64,000 nucleotides of DNA, taken from Ramazzottius varieornatus. Lineage: Eukaryota > Animalia > Tardigrada. The position numbers and the translations under genes were made by a program. Shown in pieces: positions 24,861 to 37,765 of this stretch. The stretch spans positions 67,249 through 131,248 of the forward strand of contig BDGG01000011.1 in assembly GCA_001949185.1 (NCBI GenBank), written 5' to 3'. The notes under the pieces are model-generated. The model was given only the letters and a program-made list of their open reading frames with translations, was not told where the DNA came from and did not search any database. Each line of letters begins with the position of its first letter. The first letter of the stretch is position 1.

Positions 24861-26614
24861 TACGAAGGGCCTCCGCTCCGCTCGCCCCAAAAACGGAGCG
24901 CACAGACCGATTTAAAGTCTTCGCGCTAAACTTACAGTGGCTCTAGTAGGGTCAAGTACCAAGGCTGATGCGGAAGCCTACTGCAAAAGATGGCCCGACC
25001 ATGGACATCCTCGAGCTCATGTCAAATGCCTGGGTGCATTATCTACGTGATAATGTATTTATTTATAATGGTCAGCATACCAAGGTTGTATCTCCATATC
25101 CGCCGTCAAGGCAAGCTCATATCGGAGTCAGCGCCTCTCTTGAAAGTAATGTCAACTACCGGCAACAGATGTGTCATTCACATCTCAGACAGACAGTCCA
25201 CCCATCCCATTTCCATATCCACAGCGATGATCAGTCCTGTCGTATACATTTTTTCCGTCTACCCTTGAGAACCGGATGTGATAGCATGTCTTATTAAGCT
25301 CGATGAACGCCCCGGCAGCCATTTCATGTCAGCGCCCTTTGACGTGCGAAGTTAAGTACGAGCTATGAGGACGTTATGTTCTAGTCAAATGGGAATCGAG
25401 TACTTTGCAGAGAGTTGCTGGCTCGGCTCCTACCTAGTTCTTTTTCAAATCGCCCATATTGCCCATACTGAATTATATGCCTGTGAATTATCTCTGCCAG
25501 AGAAAATAGGTCGCATCCATCCACACATATTCACAACAGCGTCATACTGCAGACCGACTTTGATATCGGCAGATTTGTTCTATTCCGAGTCTATCGGATC
25601 CGTGGACGTGGAATGCTGGATATTTAAAGGCCCAGCGCGACCTAAAAACGGCGATTTTGAAATAGCGTTTACCGATGTTTAGTAAGCCAATGTCCGCTCT
25701 CTGGTCTTCTATGAGAGGCAGCGGTTTCCACCTGCTAACTTTTTACGACCGGCATACGCCAACTATTTTACCCCCTTTTGCCATAGGTTAACAACTCCAC
25801 GCTTGAATCCTCACGGGAAAATTCGACTGGGTTACTACTGGGTCCCACATAATCCAAAAATTTAATCCTGGACCAGACTAATGCTCGGACCTACACTCAA
25901 ATAGCGGAGTACGGTGATCAGAATGTTCATCCCACATGCTAGAAAATCTTGGAAAGAATAAACTGAAAATTATTGTCTTTAGCGATCATTGTGGTTAATG
26001 TTTTTGACTGGTAAGCGTCTTCACTTCCCATACCGGACATGGCGTTCTTCCTGAAATGTTCTGGTACGTGTATGCAATGCATTCCATACACATGCATTGT
26101 ATACATCTACTATTGCGGGTCAGCTCCATTATACTTCCTTGCTCGTTACTCCATCCAGTAATTCGCCATGTCCGGCTGCTAGCTCCTCCTGCTATCTGTT
26201 GGATATTGTTCCGCAAACATATGTTCACGTAGTCTTCTCGAATGAACATTCTCAATACACAATTTCATTCGCGCTCTTGGCATCTCGCGAATTTCTCAAC
26301 CGCTACTCCACCCTTCATGCTCTTCTGCTTTTTGTATCTCAATAAAATGGGGTCTCTGAGCTTGCTAACGGGAGCGGTGCAGCTCAGACGAACAGGCGAA
26401 AGACTGATGTACCGCGCCGTCACTTCCTCCTTGGTACCACACCCAAACTGTACCACCTCGGGTCTAGCTGCATTGACGTCACCCGTCGATGCGATCAGAC
26501 GACCTCAACATGCCAAAAAAATTCTTCCGCGTTCGCTTATCATGAATAGTTCATTAACCAACAAAAATCAAATGCAACGGTTTAACGATGTCCTATTTTG
26601 ACTACGGCTTGTTA

Positions 26615-26928
26615 GGGAAGGCTCAGTGAAGTGCGGTGACTTATTTTCACACCATTCTTTACCGACTCAGGGAACACTTCGCTGACGCGGTGAAGAACGG
26701 TGAACCATGGTGAAGGATGTGTATTCGCTCCATCGATTGATCCATTACTTGTACCTTCATCGATTGGTCGCACCCGAGTCAATCAATAAAGGCACAAGTA
26801 ATCGATCAATCAATGGAGCGGATACTCATCCTTCACCATCGTCCACCGTTGTTCATCGCATCAGTGGAGTTTTCACTGAGTCAGTGAAGGATAGTGAAAA
26901 TAATTCACCGCACTGTACCGAGCCTCCC
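26615..26928. mobile_element. Foldback (MULE-like) MITE, almost entirely palindromic
   Basis: ~150-bp imperfect arms (gggaaggctcagtgaagtgcggtga... / ...tcaccgcactgtaccgagcctccc). An 11-bp direct repeat tacggcttgtt flanks it at 26603-26613 and 26930-26940. Confidence 0.8.
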
Positions 26929-27177
26929 GTACGGCTTGTTTCATGGCAATCTTTGAGAGAAAACACTGCGCCGTATTAAAGCGTTCCGGCGAAAACCTTG
27001 ACTCCCACTGTGAAACGAGTGTCGAAGTTTTAGGCGTAAGTCAGTCAAAAGTATTCCGGTTACACAGCTCTTTTTCCAGTCAAGATCGGTCAAGACATGG
27101 TACACTGAAGTAAGAGGATACTGGGATGATGCTCGGCATGACCTCGGCATTCATGGAAAAATTATGGAGCTAAGCTC

Positions 27178-28598
27178 TCAAGGTTTTGTTGTGGTAGTAG
27201 TTTTGGCAGCCGCCTCAGCTGCCAAACGTGCCGCGATGATGTCTTTCAAAAAATTACTATATTGGGCCTGGTAGAAATTTCCGGCAACAGGTGCACTAAG
27301 GTTGTGGTCCTTCGTAAACTTGCGCAAATCGAAGTTCGCGCGAGCGGTTTTGAGATTTTCAAAAGCTCCGTTGGACAGATCGATTTTCCCTTGTTGCTTG
27401 AAGATCATGGTCACATAGCGATGCAACCCTACAAGACAACATTAATATCGGTCCACAATCGGCTCGGAAACTAATTTCGGTACAAGACCAGTTTAAGTTA
27501 GAGCATTACCTGAGTTTGGACTTGGGCGGGAACCTACATAGGGCGTGATTACATCACCTTTGGCAACATCTTTTCCTGGGATGTTCACCACCAGCCAGTG
27601 ATTTATGGGCCCTCTTGAACGATCTTGACGACTGGCAGCATCCAGGTCTGCAATGGGCGTACCCGTGAGAAGCCAAGTGGAATGTAGAAGTGCTCTCAGT
27701 TCAGTCCGTATTAATGGTACGAGGGAACGGTTGATGAGTTAGCCGGCCTGTGGTGGAGTTGCTGAAACAGCCAGCGCTTCCTAAGAGTAGGCCATCGAAA
27801 AGTCTTCTGGCTATACGGTGCGGCTAACTCAGCAACCGAAATTTGGGGTGGCTCAGTCAACAACCTTTCCCTCGTATTGATAAAGGAAGTTATGTACACT
27901 ACACTTACGATGGGTAATTATGGGACAGGCGGAAAGGACGGAAATTCAACCGTAGAAAAGTGTTGACAACTACATTAGTGTGAATCGGTCGTGTACGTAT
28001 GTGCTTCCGTACGGCCGTGGCGAAAAAGCCTGTCCCATAATTTTTACTGTCTCATAATCCCCCATCGTGCATGTATCTTGAGAAGAGATTGTGGTGACGT
28101 CACTACGAAGGTGATCGCCAGCATGAGAAGCCAGAAGAATGAAGTCTGGAGAAGCTTACCTGTCATGCTCAAAGTGCAAAGGCTATTGTCGGCGGCCTTC
28201 CAGCTGATCGTGGCTGGTTGGACGTGTACAGTCTCGGGCTCCAGTTCATTTCCGCCGTCGACTGATTTTCCGGCTGGATAAGTAATCTGAAAAGAGATCA
28301 TCGTCTTGCAATCTGGGTTTTTCGTTCAAAGTGTAGCTGTGAGTGCAAATATAAATTGGAAAGCAAATCGTTCTAGATTGTCCCAAAATATCAACTCAAA
28401 AAGACAGCAGCTTACCTCTAGAGCTTCCGTGGGAGCCTGGTCAATGATATCCGGCACAATATTGTGCTTGATGAAAGCATCGCTGATCGCAGTAATGCTG
28501 CTGGAATTATTCATGGCCTGTGCAAGGAAAGAATTTACACTCATAGAAACTAAAAGCACGCTGGCGAGGTAACTGCCATTAGAATTACGACGAGTCAT
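27178..28598 (-). CDS. Secreted phosphatidylethanolamine-binding protein (PEBP/OV-16-like), 4 exons
   Basis: Hydrophobic leader then AFIKHNIVPDIIDQAP | ITYP..VDGGNELEP..QPATISW..LCTLSMT | DLDAASR..INHWLVVNIPG..YVGSRP..SG | LHRYVTMIFKQ..RANFDLRKF..PVAGNFYQAQY. Confidence 0.9.
27720..27874. mobile_element. Mariner-type MITE family C, copy 1 (PEBP intron)
   Basis: TA-cgagggaacggttg ... caacctttccctcg-TA. A second copy lies at 42484-42638. Confidence 0.8.
27916..28042. mobile_element. MITE family A, copy 2 (PEBP intron)
   Basis: Perfect 15-bp TIR aattatgggacaggc / gcctgtcccataatt. Confidence 0.8.
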
Positions 28599-28936
28599 CG
28601 TGATACGGCATTCGGCTAGATGATGCTCATCAAAATTTCATAGATGGCTTCAGGAAACCTACGTCATTCTGCACGAAAGAAACCAGTTTTATACCTTAAG
28701 CCAACAAGACACTTAGACTGAGAAGGATAAAAGTGAATGTCGAGACAACACCGTTGCACTTTAGCTGTTCCTCCGAGCGTTACGGTCCTCGGATATTGGA
28801 CTCTCAAATCGAAGGTCTTTTGTGCTACATCACAAGGATATCGACGTCACCAAAGCAAAAGTACAAGGAAACAACTGGGTAATTCACGTATGCTGCAAGA
28901 GACTGTTATAAAAGTGAATAAGCTGTCTTTGAGAAA

Positions 28937-31900
28937 TTAACTAGTTTCGTAGCGTATGTGTTGAGGGGCAGTTATCTCAAAGTTGGTCAGAAACTCCAGA
29001 TAGTCCTTGTCTTCAGAATCGGCGTTGAACAGCGAGCTCGATGGTTTTCGGCTTTCCCCCTTTGACTGCTGAAGGCCCTTCTCCATGGTGGTCGGCTGTT
29101 CGCTGCTTCCGTTGGGGTTCGACGGTGATTCGCATTTCGGTGGTTGTGCTGACATTCGTGACAGGCGCTGGATTAGCTCGAGCGGATCACTGATCTGTGA
29201 ACTATCCATGAACTTCCTTAGCTCTCTGTCTTTCTTTTCTTCCAGGGTTGTCGTGCTCGGTGTGTCGGTGACAGAGCCTTCGTCGGGTTCCTCAGTGTAC
29301 ATCTTGAACTTTGGCTCGGCTTGAAGGGTTCTTTTGTCGTTTGAATCCGGCTGCTCTTCGTAGTCAACGTATTCCGTCGGAAGCCAATACGTCATTATGG
29401 TCTCCTTTCTCTCCAATGGCATATCTCCTCGTGGCAGCAACGGGTATTGCAGGAGTTCGGCAGTGGCTTGACTGACTAGTATTCTGCTAGCTAAACTCTG
29501 ATCTTTCAAGTGCTGCACTGTTTTGATCGTTTCACCAAACCTATCAGAAGACATCACAACCCGATTTACTCCGCCGATCTGATGCGTTTAAAACCCAACA
29601 CTGAGCGCGGGTAGACCAGCATCATTCTTGACTTACAGATGATACGTAGGAGCTTTCGAACCAACCACGCCCACCACAACTGGGCCTGCAACAGCAAAGA
29701 TGACTGCTGGTGACAACATGGTCGTTCAAAAGATTCAGTACCTGTGTGGACACCAATCCGCAAATCAGTGGCTTGCCGGAAATCGAACTCACTGTAGGTT
29801 TTCATCAGCTTCATGGTCATAGTGCATATTACTTCCGCGTGCTGCCCGCTGTTCCTCACAGGCACTCCGCTGACAATCTTAGATTCATAAACTTTTAAAT
29901 GTACGCATATCTCAGGTCTTTGGTACGAAAGTACGATAAGGCAGAGAGCCAAGTCGAGGTTTCGCGGGAACATTGCAGTCTTACCAGAAAAAAATCGCAG
30001 ACGGTCCGAACCCTGTAGACGTCGTATACCGCGATCAGCGGGTCCAGAAGGGCATGAAGGTTATTCAAGAATAGAACAACGTCTTTCGGACTTTCAAACT
30101 GCACCAGTTCAGCGAAGCCGTCAATATCGCTGGAGTATATGGTGACACTTTGGAACAGCTCCGGTTCCACACGAACGTGACAACGCAGTGCTTCTACGAT
30201 GATCCTACCCAGCCGAAGCCGATCAAATTAGCTTTACGGTATACGAAGTGAAAACTTGCCCACTTACGCAGGCATCATCTCCGCACGCAAAGTGACACCA
30301 AAGGTTTCTTCGTCCGACAATTGACGTGTCTGCAGTGCCACCTTGATTTCCAGCTCTTGAGCATACCGCTCCAATCGAAGCAAGGATCGCTCAGTCATCG
30401 ACTGCCCCGAAACAACCGGGAAGAATGCGAAGAACTTGTCGTACATTTCCGTCAGTCGCGGTCGTTGAGAGGGAATGTCGTTCCAGCAGTTTGAGATCAT
30501 GTTTTGGACCTGTAGCGGCACGAATTCAGCGTCTGAATCGATGAAAAAGGGTGATGGTCGGAGACGTTCAAATCGGCGATCTTGACCTCTGGGTCTGAGT
30601 AACTGCCGGTTGGTTAGGACTTCGTAGAGTACGATGCCAAGTGAATAAATGTCGGCTCTCCGTTCCGCGTCCAAGTCGATTTCATGCAGTTCGATGTCGT
30701 GCTCGGGTGGTCGCCAGAGATTACTCCAGGTTGAGGCCTGTCGTTCGTCTTGTTCCCTAAGAATACTCTGAATGCTTTGATAGCCTGTCTTGGCTATTTT
30801 TAGAAGGAAGCGGCCCGTGATGAGGCAACAAAGACCATTGAGCTTCCCGTGGAAACGGAGAGAGGATCCATGAATGTAAAGAAGACCCTACGAAAACAGG
30901 CTTAGCTCAGCTGGGAGCAGCCAGTGAGTGCGTTCCAACCTTTAGCACATCTTGCGCGAAGGTAATCTGGAAATCTTTGTCAAGTGGCCCAGTACGGAAT
31001 ATAAAGTCATGCAGCGTCCCGCGCGAGCAGTAGTCGTCGGCCAACAGGTACGACGTTGAGTCCACGGAGGCACATGCCCCCAGAAAGACATTGATATTTT
31101 CGTGGCGCAATGAGTAAAGCTGGAACAAAAAAACCCAACAAACGCATGCAAAGTTTTTGTTTTGTTTGACACACTAGCTTACCGCATGGCAAATGGATGA
31201 CAGCTGTTGGTTTTTGCGAAAGTCGGCGGTCTGAATACTGCATGGAATTACGGTGACCCATAGCTCAAATGAGTTGTACTGCGCTCGACCAGATGACAAC
31301 TTGTCCTGCAGAGAATATAACTGTTTTATTGGCAGTCGTAACAGACGCTAAGTTGGAGATATGTAAAGGCTCGCCGGACCGAGGAACCAATCTGATCTTA
31401 CGGTAACAGAAGCTCCATCGTCATCTGTCGAATTTTCCAAAGTTGAGGCTGGAAGCATGAGCAGGGTGGGCGTAGATTTTAGCAACCACGGACGACCAAC
31501 GTCCTTCAAACTTCGGTATATCTTCCTAGACGAAGTACTTGGGCGTGTCTGGCTCTTTACATCCCAAAGAAGTCTACGGACGAACGTACCTTGCAGTGGT
31601 CCACAGTATAGTGAGCACCAGAGAGCCACCTATGGTGCTGACAATCGCGCTGTATATTTTTCTTGTCTCTAGAAAAGACATTCACCCGTTTTTGATTTCA
31701 CATACAAATAAGCACGTATCTTCTTGTAGGTATCTTCTTGTAGGTGTACCGCTTTCTTAATCAACGAACCCTGGATCAAGCAGAGACCATCTCTGCCAGA
31801 AAACCCGCAGATCGGCACATCGAGCGGTGGCGCGCGACGGCTGTTTGGCCAGTCCGGTCGGAACGCTTCTGACCATTGAATTGTCCGACTTGTTGGATTA

Positions 31901-34523
31901 TAGAAGCCCGAGACCTACAGAAACCGATGACGTTTTAATGGTGTGGAGCCTTCTTCCCTCCAGTACAAAACCCCGCGAGGAAATCCCGGGAACTCTAATC
32001 TCGTACTGCACATATCCCGCGATGTAAAAGTCCCGGGTTTTTGGTACAAAACATGAAATCTCGCGGAACCTGAATCGCGTACGACATATATCTCGGGTTA
32101 ACAAAAATCCCGGAAACTGCATTCAAGTTAAGAACTACTTTCACGATTTGGTGAAACGTGGTTTACGCCTTAATTGAAATACACTCGCTTTGACTCTCGT
32201 AAGTATCGCGTTATTTTTAAGACCTGACGGTACGAACTCCCTAAACTACTCAATTTATCCTGTCTCCACCGATGTGTCTCGAATCAGCAGGCTAATTAAT
32301 CTTGCGTCGAGTGCGACCGTTATAGATCGAATTTGTTAGTGTATCCTGATCGCTTCCATAAGTTCAATTCAGTGGTCTATCTGCCTCTTTTCGCGTTTTC
32401 AAAACCGCGACGATACCCACGACGTCTAACGACAGCGTTGCTTTGCTGGCCAGTGATAGCGCTGTGGACTTATGGATGGGCTGGATAAGTAGTCTGTTAA
32501 GTCGCATAAAGGTGCAAGGAATGTTTACTTTTGTTGCACGCTATGAAAGTTTCCTGCTCTTCGTGATTTGTTCATGCTTCCATGTTGTCAGTTCCCCGGG
32601 ATCTGCCAAGCAAGAACCATTTCACGCGTATCCGGCAGTCCCGGGATTTCGATTTTGAAGTTTACCGGGATTTAGGTGGCACGAGATTTGATACCACCGG
32701 GATTTGCTACGTGAGAGATTTTAGTTCAACGGGATTTTAGTTGCCCGAGATTTATTTCTACCGGAAGCTCATCCCGAAAGAACGGCTCGCGGGATTTCGC
32801 AATCCCGAGATTTCGAACCGGTACTGTTTTAATGAGCGGAAGTGTAATGTAGAGAAGGAGGGTTTACCTGCATACTTCCGGTCGACACATTGTACGAGAA
32901 AAGGGCCCAGTGTAGGTCCCGTGTGCGATCCCCGTCAAAGTACACTGGCTTGCCGCCCAGCCGAAACGTTCGGTTGGCGACCTGTCTGGCTAGCCAGCTT
33001 CCGCTACAGTAACGAGTACTCTGAAGGAGGTCTCCGTAGCTTTCAATCAACAGCTGCGTGTAAACTTCTACCATGTCGAAAATCGGTCGCTTGTCAAAGT
33101 ACGGCGGCGGCGCAGACGTTGGCTGAGAAAGAACGCTCTCTTATTTATATGAAAATTCTCATCGGGATCAAAAGTGATCATCAGAGATTCTAACACCGTC
33201 TTACTTGTGTTCGAATCTGAGCTCCGTTCAGACCTGAATCTGTTGAAGTGGTTTGCTGCGTCGTTGTAAATGCCAGCAAAGATCGATATGCGGCCAATTC
33301 CTGGTTCGAAAGAAGAAAATTCACCCACCCAATTTTTCAATTGTATCTGGAAGGTAATCAGATATTCTCCTACAGCAGAGGAAGTATTCCTGAGGTCCGG
33401 CATCTCCCCGGGAAGTTCCGAATCCGTCAGTTGAAAAGAGATGAATGCCTGTGAACAACCCGGACGTGCCATGGAGTCTCGTTTACCAATGGGGTGTCGA
33501 GGATAGCAATGCGAGACTTACGTATTCTCCGTTAGTCATTCCAAGTTCAGTAGCGGCTTTCTGGATATTAAAGATACAGAAAGCACGGGTTTAAGTTTTT
33601 ATCAGAATGAGTTTCTCGACCAAATTTACCAAAAGCTCCATCGCCACCGAAGCTCGACAGCCGAGTAAGAATACTGAAATAAATTAAGACACGATGAAGA
33701 TGGCACTTCGCAGTAGCGTATCACGGTACTTCCCAGCGGGAACAATGTGGGGTAATCCCTGCTGCTGGGAAGCATAAACAGTTCGCTGCAACGCAAGACC
33801 ACTTGTACATCAGTATACGGTAAATAACCGTGAATAAAATTTTTGTTTATCGTATACTTATCTTACCTTGTGAAGGTGGGTATGTTCCATCCTGCAAAGT
33901 TGAAATCACCACTATGCCATTACCACAGTTCATTATTAAGCGGGGCCTTTGCCGTTACCCTCAGACATTGAAAGTTTAGAACTGGAGTAAGATATGGTTA
34001 CTGGTTTGGTTCCTAGGTTTGGTACTTTACCTTTGTTGAGTTGTAGAACCTCATCAGAGACTCCGCAGTCTGCGGAAAGGATAAGTCAAATGAACCAGCC
34101 AAACACAAAGTCGCCAACGACCGTCCTATTGCTGGCGCCAAGTGAGACCTATTAGGAGTGGTGGGGCGTACCTGCAGACATTAACGCATAACAAATTCCT
34201 GGTTTGGTTCCAACGCGGTAGTACAATTCGGCTGCGATCCGCGCCATGTCGTCTTTGCTCTCCTGACAGGTCCGATACGAAGAACTGTGTGGGTATGACA
34301 AGACGGAGATGGCAAAGATACCACGATACTTAGCTCGAGCATCCTCCACTGCACTGCTGAAAGTGGAACTTTGCCGGTACGACGAAACATTTAAACGCGA
34401 TTCGGGAGTTACATTCAAGATCACAACTTCCAACGCAAAAGCAACAATGCAACGATACAGAAGAAAAATTATCACTGCGTAAAGCAGAAGTCGCTTTCTG
34501 ATTCTCGGCCGACGACAGTTCAT
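28937..34523 (-). CDS. Receptor-type guanylyl cyclase homologue (signal peptide, ANF-receptor ectodomain, TM, kinase-homology domain, degenerate cyclase)
   Basis: Ectodomain motifs C..DMARIAAELYY, WNIPTF, GMTNGEY and PLDVPICGF; TM SAIVSTIGGSLVLTILW; kinase-homology LRHENINVFLG..YCSRGTL, FHGKL, ADIYSLGIVLYE, CW...PSQRP; cyclase VEPELFQSVTIYSSDIDGF, SGVPVRN, LRIGVHTG, TYWL. Confidence 0.88.
31961..32826. mobile_element. Non-autonomous DNA element with arrays of subterminal repeats, in an intron of the cyclase gene
   Basis: Ends cagtac / gtactg. Multiple aaatcccg motifs at the left and cgggattt motifs at the right. No TSD found. Confidence 0.55.
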
Positions 34524-35379
34524 TGTAAAACATCTAGCGTAACTGACTTGACGAGATCGAATTGAAATAGTACAAAGCTTCCATGCAGCCTCAATTGTAG
34601 CTCGCCAAGCCGACCCGGGCCCAGCAGTTAGTTCCTGGTGGCATCTCTGTCCAAGTGCAAGGCGAGGTGGCTGACGCTGCGCCAGGAGCTTTGTGAAGAC
34701 GGGTTACAGGATCTTGTTATTCGAGTCTGTGGTGTCGCATTCTCTTCGTAGGTGTGTGCGCAGTCGGAAGACTTGCTGTTGACACTGTAGGCTTTACTCA
34801 TGCATTTAGGAGTCGAACACATCTATCATAACCCATTGTGCAGGCGTTTGTCGCACTTATGTTCCAGAGCGCAATACAACTACAGCAGGTGCAAAGAAAT
34901 GGTTCTCAAGAGATGCTTCCACTGCATGGGTAAGATTTTTGTTGCTTCGGGGTTTGGCTCTCAAAATTCTTGAGAAGATATTTTATCTTACTTTTTTTCC
35001 CAGATTCTCCACCAGCTTCCGTAATATTCATCAGTAATCTTTTATCGTTCAGTTAGTGCAGTACTAGCTCCTTGTCTGCCAAGCTTTCCATGTCGGCCGA
35101 GTACCGACGTGCTCACTGCGAGTACAGAACTTTAACTGGTGGAATGGGGTGACCCAAATCAGCCGATGGGCAATTTTCAAACTTTTGGAATTAGGAAGAT
35201 TGGCAGCCACGAAGGCCAATTCGGAAAACGTAGCCCCGGCCATTTTGATTTTTTCTGGATGCGCCGGTAATAGCCAAATTTGACCACAGGCCAAATCTCG
35301 GTAGAGGAGAACTCTCTTCGGTTTTTCTGAACAGATGCTGGGTGCGTACACGCACGATAGGTAGTTATGGGACACCAAG

Positions 35380-35508
35380 AATTATGGGACAGACCTTTTC
35401 GCTACGGCATTACGGAAGCACGTACGGAGTCTACGGACTCGACCGATTCGCACTAACGTACTTCTCAACTCTTTTCTACGGTTAAATTTCCGTTTTTCCG
35501 TCTTTTCC
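35380..35508. mobile_element. MITE family A, copy 3 (one end truncated)
   Basis: attatgggacagaccttttcgctacggcattacggaagcacgtacg...ctacggttaaatt matches copy 1. Confidence 0.65.
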
Positions 35509-36397
35509 AACAATACAACAGATTGTCACTGAAATTCAGATTTGTTTTCCGAGGAAATGTTTTTAGGGCAAAGTGATCATCGGGCATCGGGGCTGAAGTT
35601 ATGAGGGTTCGTGACCGTTAGGGGTCACAGCTGTTCGGGGCCATAGTTCTTCGGGGATAAGGACATATTTTAGGGGCAGGTGCAGTTCGGGTGAGAAGTT
35701 GTTAGGGGAAAACGTTTTTCGGGTCCATGGTTCTTCGAAGCCACACTTAGGACGAGTTGGAGTTAGGGGATAACGTACCCCACCAAGTGCACTATCAGTA
35801 TGTAAACCTGCTAATGGCATCTCTAACCTGTGAAAAACCAAGCGAAAACAAGCAGCAGGTACGGTGGAGCTCTGGAAGAGGCGAAGGATGTGAAGGGAAG
35901 AGGCAGTGCCGCCAAGAAGACAGGAATCTCCAAGCAAACGATGGCGGGAGGCAGGCAAGCAAACACTTGGTTTCGACCGGCTAGCCTGAAATCAGAGCAG
36001 TCAGGTACCTAAATGATCCACCGTTCATCCCATGGCGACTTCCACGGAAAAGTCGATCACTCACCTGAGCAAGGAGAACGGGGAGAAAGCGAGGCCAGAA
36101 GACACGAACACCAAACACGAGATAGTAGGACGAGTCAGGCAGGCTAACACGACGCTCTGTCGGCTAACCTGAAACAACAGCAGCGGGGTTGTCAGTAATG
36201 CACCACACATCCTTAGACGAGTTCCGTGAAGCTCGGTCACTTGCTTTATCTAGGACAGCAAGGGGAAAGTGAGACAGTGTAACTGGAACATCGGGAGACA
36301 AGAAAAAGGTTGAAAAGCATGGAAAGTCTGATGCCATACCGTATCAGACTGAATCCAACAATCAAATGTTCAGAGATCTCTGGTGCGGTACAGCCTT

Positions 36398-37606
36398 CCC
36401 TGATGCCACAAGCCTTTTTTCCATTGAAAACAAATAACGTTTCTGTGATCAACCCTCCAGAAACCATCAGCTTCTCAGTGACGCTGAGGTTTTAACGAGG
36501 GATACTCGATGTGCCAACCTCACACCAGCATAAACCATAAACAAATCCAAACGGTTCTGTGATTTCACCCCACGGGAAGGTGGAGCCTAGTAAGACTTGG
36601 TTTTGATTGGTAGTTGGCTTGCTTCCCGTCGCTTGCTGATTTTCGCGAAACTTCGTTTTCGGAATTTCAGCAGAAGTCCGACATTTTGTTCGTCTCCATC
36701 ATCTTGACTTGCAACAGGAACGGAATGCCGGAGGCACAGAGCGAAAGGATAACGACGGAATCGGAGGAGCTGACTCTCTGCAGCTACCACGCTCGACAGT
36801 GGTGACTGAGTCAGCTGAAGGACTGATACCTGAGCCGATTTCTAAGGTGAAGTTTGCTCTCCATGTCCATTAATCATCTTAGAAAGGGGTCAAGCAACCT
36901 CGAGATGCCTGCCATATCGCTTCTGCGACTTGCTTGCTGTGTTACAGGTACGGAAAAGAGACTGAGAACGTCTGCTCCCTTGCGATATCGCTCAGTAGCC
37001 ATCAATCAATCAAGTGAGTGATGATGCTTGTGGGCTGTGGAGTGTGGATGATGGATTTATATTTTGTCAGAATTTAGAAGTTTGGTACTGCCGGTTGTTC
37101 TTTCAGATTCTACCTGGGGATTCCTTCTTCTATCTTGTAAACTCTGTTAACCTGGATGTCGCAGAAGAGCATGTTGGTGGAAGCAGGCTGCACATCACCC
37201 TCGAATTTTGTTTTGCCTCGTGTATTGTTATCTTCTCAGACTTCGAGCGATATCGCTTCATGTTTCGTGGTTCTTCAGACTCTTGTCAGTTTTCCAAATC
37301 CATACCTGACTTCCTGCGTCCTTTCTTTTTGTTTTGTCTTTGTGGTTTGGTGAAGTAAAGAACGGTGGAACCGAAAACAAGAAAAATTATCTTTTTGGGT
37401 TTCATTCGGGTTTCATTCCCAGTAAAAACCATGAAAAATTCATAACGTTTTCATGCCCCATAAACTTATTTTTCCCAGCGGTAAATCAGTAATGTCATTT
37501 TCATGTCAATTTTTAGGTTCCCTGTGGGTTTGTGCCTGGACCATAGCTGAAACCTCAAGGATTCCAGGAGGTTTCAGCGATGGATCTGAAGGCCGTGGCA
37601 ACAGGG
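36398..37606 (+). mobile_element. ~1.2-kb non-autonomous DNA element family D, copy 1
   Basis: Short TIR ccctgatgccac / gtggcaacaggg. Colinear similarity to the reverse complement of 39007-40267. Confidence 0.7.
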
Positions 37607-37765
37607 CTTGGGTAAGATTTCCCAAAAGCTAACGCCATTTTACCCGTTCGAACAATCAATGCTGCGGGACTGTGCAGGATACATGAACCCTGGCTATGGG
37701 TTCAGCCGCTTCAGCACATATGGAGCCAGGAGGCTAAAGAGAAGGTCAAAGAGGCCCGCCTTGCA

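Noticed and set aside
24968-26601. Scattered 80-120 aa ORFs
   Set aside because: No motifs or consistent exon chain recognised.
35599-35775. Recurring ttagggg/ttcgggg motifs suggesting interstitial telomeric repeats
   Set aside because: Motifs are degenerate and separated by variable spacers; more likely subterminal repeats of a decayed DNA element.
35830-36012. Possible pipsqueak-like HTH (ALEEAKDV..SAAKKTGISKQTM)
   Set aside because: Too short and weak, with no adjoining transposase domain.
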